Source of the DNA: the human T2T-CHM13v2.0 reference genome, Homo sapiens
Length of the DNA: 64,000 bases
Assembly (NCBI RefSeq): GCF_009914755.1
Contig: NC_060937.1
Direction: 5' to 3' (one strand)
Position numbers and translations under genes: made by a program. Under the pieces are notes generated by a model that was given only the letters and a program-made list of their open reading frames with translations, searched no databases and had not been told where the DNA came from. This document shows, in pieces, positions 1-13,999 of this stretch; position 1 is the stretch's first letter; each line of letters opens with the position of its first letter.

Positions 1-2180
1 TATTCTGTACATAAAACATCAAAGTACACCAAATATATATTCTATAGTGTACATAAAATATCAAAGTACCCAAACTATACATTATATACAGTACATAAAA
101 TATGAAATTACATCAAATATATATTATAATAGGTACATAAAATATGAAAGTACATCAAATATAAATTATATACTGTACATAAAATACCAAAGAACCCCAA
201 ATATATATTATATACTGTACATGAAATATCAAAGTTCACAAACTATATATTATATACTGTATATAAAATATCAAAGTACCCAAGGTATATATTCTATACT
301 GTACAAAAAATATCAAAGTACCCAAAGCATGTATTATATACTGTTCATAAAATATGAAAGTACATCAAATATATATTTTATTCTGTACATAAAATATCAA
401 AGTACACCAAATATATATTCTATAGTGTACATAAAATATCAAAGTACCCAAACTATACATTATATACTGTACATAAAACATGAAATTACATCCAATATAT
501 ATTATGTTAGGTACATAAAATATGAAAGTACATCAAATATAAATTATATACTGTACATAAAATATCAAGGTACCTCAAATATATAGTATATACTGTACAT
601 GAAATATCAAAGTTCACAAACTATATATTATATACTGTACATAAAATAGCAAAGTACCCAAGGTATATATTCTATACTGTACAAAAAAAAAAAGTACCCA
701 AAACATGTATTATATACTGTACATAAAATATGAAAGTACATCAAATATATATTTTATTCTGTACATAAAATATCAAAGTACACCAAATATATATTCTATA
801 GTGTACATAAAATATCAAAGTACCCAAACTATACATTATATACAGTACATAAAATATGAAATTACATCAAATATATATTACATTAGGTACATAAAATATG
901 AAAGTACATCAAATATAGATTATATACTGTACATAAAATATCAAAGTACCCCAAATATATATTATATACTGTACATGAAATATCAAAGTTCACAAACTAT
1001 AAATTATATACTGTACATAAAATATCAAAGTACCGAAGGTATATATTCTATACTGTACAAAAAATATGAAAGTACCCAAAGCATGTATCATATACTGTAC
1101 ATAAAATATGAAACTACATCAAATATATATTTTATACTGTACATAAAATATCAAAGTACACTAAATATATATTCTATAGTGTACGTAAAATATCAAAGTA
1201 CCCAAACTATACATTATATACTGTACATAAAATATGAAATTACATCAAATATATATTATATTAGGTACATAAAATATGAAAGTACATCAAATATAGATTA
1301 TATACTGTACATAAAATACCAAAGTACCCCAAGTACATATTATATACTGTACATGAAATATCAAAGTTCACAAACTATATATTATATACTGTACATAAAA
1401 TATCAAAGTACCCAAGGTATATATTCTATACTGTACAAAAAATATCAAAGTACCCAACCATGTATTATCTACTGTACATGAAATATGAAAGTACATCAAA
1501 TATATATTTTATTCTGTACATAAAATATCAAAGTACACCAAATATATATTCTATATTGTACATAAAATATCAAAGTACCCAAACTATACATTATATACTG
1601 TACATAAAATATGAAATTACATCAAATATATATTACATTAGGTACATAAAATATGAAAGTACATCAAATATAGATTATATACTGTACATAAAATAACAAA
1701 GTACCCCAAATAAATATTTTATACTGTACATGCAATATCAAAGTTCACAAACTATATATTATATACTGTACATAATATATCAAAGTACCCAAGGTATATA
1801 TTCTATACTGTACAAAAAATATCAAAGTACCCAAAGCATGTATTATATACTGTACATAAAATATGAAAGTACATCAAATATATATTTTATACTGTACATA
1901 AAATATCAAAGTACACTAAATATATATTCTATAGTGTACATAAAATATCAAAGTACCCAAACTATACATTATATACTGTACATAAAATATGAAATTACAT
2001 CAAATATATATTATATTAGGTACATAAAATATGAAAGTACATCAAATATAGATTATATACTGTACATATAATACCAAAGTACCCCAAATACATATTATAT
2101 ACTGTACATGAAATATCAAAGTTCACAAACTATATATTATATACTGTACATAAAATATCAAAGTACCCAAGGTATATATT
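1..2180 (+). repeat. Canonical 378-bp (9 x 42) HOR domain, left flank
   Basis: Monomer order 1-2-3-4-5-6-7-8-9; monomer-1 ATG(A/C)AA at 974, 1353, 1730 and 2108 (about 378 spacing); 9-mer diagnostic bases TTCTATAGTG (monomer 5), AGCATGTATT (monomer 3), GGTATATATTCTAT (monomer 2). Confidence 0.92.
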
Positions 2181-5100
2181 CCATACTGTACAAAAAATAT
2201 CAAAGTACCCAAAGCATATATTATATGCTGTACATAAAATATGAAAGTACATCAAATATATATGTTATTCTGTACATAAAATATCAAAGTACACCAAATA
2301 TATATTCTATACTGTACATAAAATATCAAGGTACCCAAACTATACATTACATACTGTACATAAAATATGAAATTACATCAAATATATATTATATTAGGTA
2401 CATAAAATATGAAAGTACATCAAATATAGATTCTATACTGTACATAAAATATCAAAGTACCCAAATATATATCAGATACTGTACATGAAATATCAAAGTT
2501 CACAAACTATATATTATATACTGTACATAAAATATCAAAGTACCCAAACTATACATTATATACTGTACATAAAATATGAAATTACATCAAATATATATTA
2601 TATTAGGTATGTAAAATACGAAAGTACATCAAATATAGATTATATACTGTACATAAAATACCAAAGTACCCCAAATATATATTTTATGCTGTACATGAAA
2701 TATCAAAGTTCTCAAACTATATATTATATACTGCACATAAAATATCAAAGTACCCAAGGTATATATTCCATACTGTACAAAAAATATCAAAGTACCCAAA
2801 GCATACATTATATGCTGTACATAAAATATGAAAGTACATGAAATATATATTTTATTCTCTACATAAAATATCAAAGTACACCAAATATATATTCTATACT
2901 GTACATAAAATATCAAGGTATGCAAACTATACATTATATACTGTACATAAAATATGAAATTACATCAAATATATATTATATTAGGTACATAAAATATGAA
3001 AGTACATAAAATATAGATTATATACTGTACATAAAATATCAAAGTACCCAAATATATATCATATACTGTACCTGAAATATCAAATTCACAAACTATATAT
3101 TATATACTGTACAAAAAATATCAAAGTACCCAAACTATACATTATATACTGTACATAAAAGATGAAATTACATCAAATATATATTATATTAGGTATGTAA
3201 AATATGAAAGTACATCAAATATAGATTATATACTGTACATAAAATACCAAAGTACCCCAAATATGTATTTTATACTGTACATGAAATATCAAAGTTCTCA
3301 AACTATATATTATATACTGCACATAAAATATCAAAGTACCCAAGGTATATATTCCATACTGTACAAAAAATATCAAAGTACCCAAAGCATATATTATATG
3401 CTGTACATAAAATATGAAAGTACATCAAATATATATTTTATTCTGTACATAAAATATCAAAGTACACCAAATATATATTCTATACTGTACATAAAATATC
3501 AAGGTACCCAAACTATACATTACATACTGTACATAAAATATGAAATTACATCAAATATATATTATATTAGGTACGTAAAATATGAAAGTACATCAAATAT
3601 AGATTCTATACTGTACATAAAATATCAAAGTACCCAAATATATATCATATACTGTACATGAAATATCAAAGTACACAAACTATATATTATATACTGTACA
3701 TAAAATATCAAAGTACCCAAACTATACATTATATACTGTACATAAAATATGAAATTACATCAAATATATATTATATTAGGTATGTAAAATATGAAAGTAC
3801 ATCAAATATAGATTATATACTGTACATAAAATACCAAAGTACCCCAAATATATATTTTATACTCTACATGAAATATCAAAGTTCTCAAACTATATATTAT
3901 ATACTGCACATGAAATATCAAAGTACCCAAGGTATATATTCCATACTGTACAAAAAATATCAAAGTACCCAAAGCATATATTATATGCTGTACATAAAAT
4001 ATGAAAGTACATCAAATATATATGTTATTCTGTACATAAAATATCAAAGTACACCAAATATATATTCTATACTGTACATAAAATATCAAGGTACCCAAAC
4101 TATACATTATATACAGTACATAAAATATGAAATTACATCAAATATATATTATATTAGGTACATAAAATATGAAAGTACATCAAATATAGATTCTATACTG
4201 TACATAAAATATCAAAGTACGCAAATATATATCATATACTGTACATGAAATATCAAAGTTCACAAACTATATATTATATACTGTACATAAAATATCAAAG
4301 TACCCAAACTATACATTATATACTGTACATAAAATATGAAATTACATCAAATATATATTATATTAGGTATGTAAAATATGAAAGTACATCAAATATAGAT
4401 TATATACTGTACATAAAATACCAAAGTACCCCAAATATATATTTTATACTGTACATGAAATATCAAAGTTCTCAAACTATATATTATATACTGCACATAA
4501 AATATCAAAGTACCCAAGGTATATATTCCATACTGTACAAAAAATATCAAAGTACCCAAAGCATATATTATATGCTGTACATAAAATATGAAAGTACATC
4601 AAATATATATTTTATTCTGTACATAAAATATCAAAGTACACCAAATATATATTCTATACTGTACATAAAATATCAAGGTACCCAAACTATACATTACATA
4701 CTGTACATAAAATATGAAATTACATCAAATATGTATTATATTAGGTACATAAAATATGAAAGTACATCAAATATAGATGATATACTGTACATAAAATATC
4801 AAAGTACCCAAATATATGTCATATACAGTACATGAAATATCAAAGTTCACAAACTATATATTATATACTGTACATAAAATATCAAAGTATCCAAACTATA
4901 CATTATATACTGTACATAAAAGATGAAATTACATCAAATATATATTATATTAGGTATGTAAAATATGCAAGTACATCAAATATAGATTATATACTGTACA
5001 TAAAATACCAAAGTACCCCAAATATATATTTTATACTGTACATGAAATATCAAAGTTCTCAAACTATATATTATATACTGCACATAAAATATCAAAGTTC

Positions 5101-8100
5101 CCAAGGTATATATTCCATACTGTACAAAAAATATCAAAGTACCCAAAGCATATATTATATGCTGTACATAAAATATGAAAGTACATGAAATATATATTTT
5201 ATTCTGTATATAAAATATCAAAGTACACCAAATATATATTCTATACTGTACATAAAATATCAAGGTACCCAAACTATACATTACATACTGTACATAAAAT
5301 ATGAAATTACATCAAATATATATTATGTTAGGTACATAAAATATGAAAGTACATCAAATATAGATTCTATACTGTACATAAAATATCAAAGTACCCAAAT
5401 ATATATCATATACTGTACATGAAATATCAAAGTTCACAAACTATATATTATATACTGTACATAAAATATCAAAGTACCCAAACTATACATCATATACTGT
5501 ACATAAAATATGAAATTACATCAAATATATATTATATTAGGTATGTAAAATATGAAAGTACATCAAATATAGATTATATACTGTACATAAAATACCAAAG
5601 TACCGCAAATATATATTTTATTCTCTACATGAAATATCAAAGTTCTCAAACTATATATTATATACTGCACATAAAATATCAAAGTACCCAAGGTATATAT
5701 TCCATACTGTACAAAAAATATCAAAGTACCCAAAGCATATATTATATGCTGTACATAAAATATGAAAGTACATCAAATATATATTTTATTCTGTACATAA
5801 AATATGAAAGTACACCAAATATATATTCTATACTGTACATAAAATATCAAGGTACCCAAACTATACATTATATACTGTACCTAGAATATGAAATTACATC
5901 AAATATATATTATATTAGGTACATAAAATATGAAAGTACATCAAATATAGATTATATACTGTACATAAAATATCAAAGTACCCAAATATATATCATATAC
6001 TGTACCTGAAATATCAAAGTTCACAAACTATATATTATATACTGTACCTAAAATATCAAAGTACCCAAACTATACATTATATACTGTACATAAAATATGA
6101 AATTACATCAACTATATATTATATTAGGTATGTAAAATATGAAAGTACATCAAATATAGATTATATACTGTACATAAAATACCAAAGTACCCCAAATATA
6201 TATTTTATACTGTACATGAAATATCAAAGTTCTCAAACTATATATTATATACTGCACATAAAATATCAAAGTACCCAAGGTATATATTCCATACTGTACA
6301 AAAAATATCAAAGTACCCAAAGCATATATTATATGCTGTACATAAAATATGAAAGTACATCAAATATATATTTTATTCTGTACATAAAATATCAAAGTAC
6401 ACTAAATATATATTCTATACTGTATATAAAATATCAAGGTACCCAAACTATACATTATATACTGTACCTAGAATATGAAATTACATCAAATATATATTAT
6501 ATTAGGTACATAAAATATGAAAGTACATCAAATATAGATTATATACTGTACATAAAATATGAAAGTACCCAAATATATATCATATACTGTACATGAAATA
6601 TCAAAGTTCACAAACTATATATTATATACTGTACATAAAATATCAAAGTACCCAAACTATACATTATATACTGTACATAAAATATGAAATTACATCAAAT
6701 ATATATATTAGGTATGTAAAATATGAAAGTACATCAAATATAGATTATATACTGTACATAAAATACCAAAGTACCCAAATATATATTTTATACTGTACAT
6801 GAAATATCAAAGTTCTCAAACTATATATTATATACTGCACATAAAATATCAAAGTACCCAAGGTATATATTCCATACTGTACAAAAAATATCAAAGTACC
6901 CAAAGCATATATTATATGCTGTACATAAAATATGAAAGTACATGAAATATATATTTTATTCTGTACATAAAGTATCAAAGTACACCAAATATATATTCTA
7001 TACTGTACATAAAATATCAAGGTACCCAAACTATACATTATACACTGTACATAAAATATGAAATTACATCAAATATATATTATATTAGGTACATAAAATA
7101 TGAAAGTATATCAAATATAGATTATATACTGTACATAAAATATCAAAGTACCCAAATATATATCATATACTGTACATGAAATATCAAAGTTTACAAACTA
7201 TATATTATATACTGTACATAAAATATAAAGTATCCTAACTATACATTATATACTGTACATAAAATATGAAATTACATCAAATATATATTATATTAGTTAT
7301 GTAAAATATGAAAGTACATCAAATATAGATTATATACTGTACATAAAATACCAAAGTACCCCAAATATATATTTTATACTGTACATGAAATATCAAAGTT
7401 CTCAAACTATATATTATATACTGCACCTAAAATATCAAAGTACCCAAGGTATATATTCCATACTGTACAAAAAATATCAAAGTACCCAAAGCATATATTA
7501 TATGCTGTACATAAAATATGAAAGTACATGAAATATATATTTTATTCTCTACCTAAAATATCAAAGTACACCAAATATATATTCTATACTGTACATAAAA
7601 TATCAAGTTACCCAAGCTATACATTATATACTGTACATAAAATATGAAATTACATCAAATATATATTATATTAGGTACATAAAATATGAAAGTACATCAA
7701 ATATAGATTATAAACTGTACATAAAATATCAAAGTACCCAAATATATATCATATACTGTACCTGAAATATCAAATTCACAAACTATATATTATATACTGT
7801 ACATAAAATATGAAAGTACCCAAACTATACATTATATACTGTACATAAAAGATGAAATTACATCAAATATATATTATATTAGGTATGTAAAATATGAAAG
7901 TACATCAAGTATAGATTATATACTGTACATAAAATACCAAAGTACCCCAAATATATATTTTATACTGTACATGAAATATCAAAGTTCTCAAACTATATAT
8001 TATATACTGCACATAAAATATCAAAGTACCCAAGGTATATATTCCATACTGTACAAAAAATATCAAAGTACCCAAAGCATATATTATATGCTGTACATAA

Positions 8101-8934
8101 AATATGAAAGTACATCAAATATATATTTTATGCTGTACATAAAATATCAAAGTACACCAAATATATATTCTATACTGTACATAAAATATCAAGGTACCCA
8201 AACTATACATTATATACTGTACCTAGAATATGAAATTACATCAAATATATATTATATTAGGTACATAAAATATGAAAGTACATCAAATATAGATTATATA
8301 CTGTACATAAAATATCAAAGTACCCAAATATATATCATATACTGTACATGAAATATCAAAGTTCACAAACTATATATTATATACTGTACATAAAATATCA
8401 AAGTACCCAAACTATACATTATATACTGTACATAAAATATGAAATTACATCAAATATATATTATATTAGGTATGTAAAATATGAAAGTACATCAAATATA
8501 GATTATATACTGTACATAAAATACCAAAGTACCCCAAATATATATTTTATACTGTACATGAAATATCAAAGTTCTCAAACTATATATTATATACTGCACA
8601 TAAAATATCAAAGTACCCAATGTATATATTCCATACTGTACAAAAAATATCAAAATACCCAAAGCATATATTATATGCTGTACATAAAATATGAAAGTAC
8701 ATCAAATATATATTTTATTCTGTACATAAAATATCAAAGTACACCAAATATATATTCTATACTGTACGTAAAATATCAAGGTACCCAAAATATACATTAT
8801 ATACTGTACATAAAATATGAAATTACATCAAATATATATTATATTAGGTACATAAAATATGAAAGTACATCAAATATAGATTATATACTGTACATAAAAT
8901 ATCAAAGTACCCAAATATATATCATATACTGTAC
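2181..8934 (+). repeat. 587-bp 14-monomer variant HOR, block 1 (about 11.5 units)
   Basis: Unit starts at 2485, 3658, 4245, 4832, 5419, 6006, 6593 and 8348 (587 spacing apart from small indels); order 1-6-7-8-9-1-2-3-4-5-6-7-8-9' with a 41-bp last monomer; diagnostic TTCCATAC, AGCATATATTATATGCTG, GTTCTCAAAC, CTGCAC, AGGTATGTAAAA, CAAGGTACCC. Confidence 0.93.
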
Positions 8935-10970
8935 ATGAAATATCAAAGTTCACAAACTATATATTATATACTGTACACAAAATATCAAAGTATCCAAGGT
9001 ATATATTCTATACTGTACAAAAAATATCAAAGTACCCAAATCATGTATTATATACTGTACATAAAATATGAAAGTAAATCAAATATATATTTTATTCTGT
9101 ACATAAAATATCAAAGTACACCAGATATATATTTTATTGTGTACATAAAATATCAAAGTACCCAAACTATACATTATATACTGTACATAAAATATGAAAT
9201 TACATCAAATATATATTATATTAGGTACATAAAATATGAAAGTACATCAAATATAGATTATATACTGTATATAAAATATCAAAGTACCCCAAATATATAT
9301 TATATACTGTACATGAAATATCAAAGAACCCAAGGTATATATTCTATACTGTAGAAAAAATATCAAAGTACCAAAAGCATGTATTATATACTGTACATAA
9401 AATATGAAAGTACATCAAATATATATTTTATTATGTACATAAAATATCAAAGTACACCAGATATATACATAAAATATCAAAGTACCCAAAGTATACATCA
9501 TATACTGTACATAAAATATGAAATTACATCAAATATATATTATATTTGGTACGTAAAATATGAAATTACATCAAATATAGATTATATACTGTACATAAAA
9601 TATCAAAGTACCCCAAATATATATTATATACTGTACATGAAATATCAAAGTTCACAAACTATATATTATATACTGTACATAAAATATCAAAGTACCCAAT
9701 GTATATATTCTATACTGTACAAAAAATATCAAAGTACCCAAAGCATGTATTATATACTGTACAAAAAATATGAAAGTACATCAAATATATATTTTATTCT
9801 GAACATAAAATATCAAAGTACAACAGATATATATTTTATAGTGTACATAAAATATCAAAGTACTCAAACTATACATTACATACTGTACATAAAATATGAA
9901 ATTACATCAAATATATATTATATTAGGTACATAAAATATGAAAGTACATCAAATATAGATTATATACTGTACATAAAATATCAAAGTACCCCAAATATAT
10001 ATTATATACTCTACATGAAATATCAAACTTCAGAATCTATATATTATATACTGTAGAGAAAATATTAAAGTACCCAACGTATATATTCTATACTGTACAA
10101 AAAATATCAAAGTATGCAAAGCATGTATTATATACTGTACATAAAATATGAAAGTACATCAAATATATATTTTATTCTGTACATAAAATATCAAAGTACA
10201 CCAGATATATATTTTATCGTGTACATAAAATATCAAAGTACCCAAACTATACATTATATACTGTACATAAAATATGAAATTACATCAAATATATATTATA
10301 TTAGGTACATAAAATATGAAAGTAGATCAAATATAGATTATTAACTGTACATAAAATATCAAAGAACCCCAAATATATATTATATACTGTACATGAAATA
10401 TCAAACTTCACAAACAATATATTATATACTGTACATAAAATATCAAAGTACCCAAGGTATATATTCTATACTGTACAAAAAATATCGAAGTACCCAAAGC
10501 ATGTATTATATACTGTACATAAAATATGAAAGTACATCAAATATATATTTTATTCTGTACATATAATATCAAAGTACACCAGTTATATATTTTATAGTGT
10601 ACATAAAATATCAAAGTACCCAAACTATACATTATATACTCCACATAAAATATGAAATTACATCAAATATATATTATATTAGGTACATAAAATATGAAAG
10701 TACATCAAATATAGATTATATACTGTACATAAAATATAAAAGAACCCCAAATATATATTATATACTGTACTTGAAATATCAAACTTCACAAACTATATAT
10801 TAAATACTGTACATAAAATATCAAAGTACCCAAGGTATATATTCTATACTGTACAAAAAATATCAAAGTACACAACGCATGTATTATATACTGTACATAA
10901 AATTTGAAAGTACATCAAATATATATTTTATTCTGTACATAAAATATCAAAGTACACCAAATATATATTC
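8935..10970 (+). repeat. Island of diverged 378-bp 9-mer HOR (about 5.5 units) inside the 587-bp domain
   Basis: Order reverts to 1-2-3-4-5-6-7-8-9 with TTCTAT and AGCATG; private variant CAG(A/T)TATATATTTTAT in monomer 5 (9121, 9457, 9824, 10201, 10579) and CAAACTTCA in monomer 1 (about 10024, 10402, 10780); 14-mer markers resume by 10969-10999. Confidence 0.88.
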
Positions 10971-11734
10971 TATACTGTACATAAAATATGAAGGTACCCA
11001 ACCTATACATTATATACTGTACATAAAATATGAAATTACATCAAATATATATTATATTAGGTACATAAAATATGAAAGTACATCAAATATAGATTATATA
11101 CTGTACATAAAATATCAAAGTACCCAAATATATATCATATACTGTACATGTAATATCAAGTTACCCAAACTATACATTACATACTGTACATAGAATATGA
11201 AATTACATCAAATATATATTATATTAGGTACATAAAATATGAAATTACATCAAATATATATTAAATTAGGTATGTAAAATATGAAAGTACATCAAATATA
11301 GATTATATACTGTACATAAAATACCAAAGTACCACAAATATATATTTTGTACTGTACATGAAATATCAAAGTTCTCAAACTCTATATTATATACTGCACA
11401 TAAAATATCAAAGTACCCAAGGTATATATTCCATACTGTACATAAAATGTCAAAGTACCCAAAGCATATATTATATGCTGTACATAAAATATGAAAGTAC
11501 ATCAAATATATATTTTATTCTCTACATAAAATATCAAAGTACACCAAATATATATTCTATACTGTACATAAAATATCAAGGTACCCAAACTATACATTAT
11601 ATACTGTACATAAAATATGAAATTACATCAAATATATATTATATTAGGTACATAAAATATGAAAGTACATCAAATATAGATTCTATACTGTACATAAAAT
11701 ATCAAAGTACCCAAATATATATCATATACTGTAC

Positions 11735-13999
11735 ATGAAATATCAAAGTTCACAAACTATACATTATATACTGTACATGAAATATGAAATTACATCAAAT
11801 ATATATTTTATTAGGTATGTAAAATATGAAAGTACATCAAATATAGATTATATACTGTACATAAAATACCAAAGTACCCCAAATATATATTTTATACTGT
11901 ACATGAAATATCAAGGTACCCAAACTATACATTATATACTGTACATAAAATATGAAATTACATCAAATTTAGATTATATTAGGTACATAAAATATGAAAT
12001 TGCATCAAATATATATTATATTATGTATGTAAAATATGAAAGTACATCAAATATAGATTATATACTGTACATAAAATACCAAAGTACCCCAAATATATAT
12101 TTTATACTGTACATGAAATATCAAAGTACTCAAACTATATATTATATACTGCACATAAAATATCAAAGTACCCAAGGTATATATTCCATACTGTACAAAA
12201 AATATCAAAGTACCCAAAGCATATATTATATGCTGTACATAAAATATGAAAGTACATGAAATATATATTTTATTCTCTACATAAAATATCAAAGTACACC
12301 AAATATATATTCTATACTGTAAATAAAATATCAAGGTACCCAAACTATACATTATATACTGTACATAAAATATGAAATTACATCAAATATATATTATATT
12401 AGGTACATAAAATATGAAAGTACATCAAATATAGATTCAATACTGTACATAAAATATCAAAGTACCCAAATATATATCATATACTGTACATGAAATATCA
12501 AAGTTCACAAACTATACGTTATATACTGTACATGAAATATGAAATTACATCAAATATATATTTTATTAGGTATGTAAAATATGAAAGTACATCAAATATA
12601 GATTATATACTGTACATAAAATACCAAAGTACCCCAAATATATATTTTATACTGTACATGAAATATCAACGTTCTCAAACTATATATTATATACTGCACA
12701 TAAAATATCAAAGTACCCAAACTATACATTATATACTGTACATAAAATATGAAATTGCATCAAATATATATTATATTATGTATGTAAAATATGAAAGTAC
12801 ATCAAATATAGATTATATACTGTACATAAAATACCAAAGTACCCCAAATATATATTTTATACTGTACATGAAATATCAAAGTACTCAAACTATATATTAT
12901 ATACTGCACATAAAATATCAAAGTACCCAAGGTATATATTCCATACTGTACAAAAAATATCAAAGTACCCAAAGCATATATTATATGCTGTACATAAAAT
13001 ATGAAAGTACATGAAATATATATTTTATTCTCTACATAAAATATCAAAGTACACCAAATATATATTCTATACTGTAAATAAAATATCAAGGTACCCAAAC
13101 TATACATTATATACTGTACATAAAATATGAAATTTCATCAAATATATATTATATTAGGTACATAAAATATGAAAGTACATCAAATATAGATTCTATACTG
13201 TACATAAAATATCAAAGTACCCAAATATATATCATATACTGTACATGAAATATCAAAGTTCACAAACTATACGTTATATACTGTACATGAAATATGAAAT
13301 TACATCAAATATATATTTTATTAGGTATGTAAAATATGAAAGTACATCAAATATAGATTATATACTGTACATAAAATACCAAAGTACCCCAAATATATAT
13401 TTTATACTGTACATGAAATATCAAGGTACCCAAACTATACATTATATACTGTACATAAAATATGAAATTACATCAAATTTAGATTATATTAGGTACATAA
13501 AATATGAAATTACTTCAAATATATATTATATTAGGTATGTAAAATATGAAAGTACATCAAATATAGATTATATACTGTACATAAAATACCAAAGTACCCC
13601 AAATATATATTTTATACTGTACATGAAATATCAACGTTCTCAAACTATATATTATATACTGCACATAAAATATCAAAGTACCCAAACTATATATTCCATA
13701 CTGTACAAAAAATATCAAAGTACCCACAGCATATATTATATGCTACACATAAAATATGAAAGTACATCAAATATATATTTTATTCTGTACATAAAATATC
13801 AAAGTACACCAAATATATATTCTATACTGTACATAAAATATCAAGGTACCCAAACTATACATTATATACTGTACATAAAATATGAAATTACATCAAATAT
13901 ATACTATATTAGGTACATAAAAAATGAAAGTACATCAAATATAGATTATATACTGTACATAAAATATCAAAGTACCCAAATATATATCATATACTGTAC
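11735..13999 (+). repeat. Three tandem 755-bp (18-monomer, -1 bp) HOR variants derived from the 14-mer
   Basis: Unit starts at 11735, 12490, 13245 and 14000 give 755 spacing = 18x42-1; all carry 14-mer diagnostic SNPs and end in the 41-bp monomer. Confidence 0.88.

Noticed and set aside
681-695. A11 run as a retrotransposon poly(A) tail
   Set aside because: It replaces AAAAAATATCAAA of monomer 3 (net -2 bp), with no element body or target-site duplication; slippage or a homopolymer consensus error is more likely.
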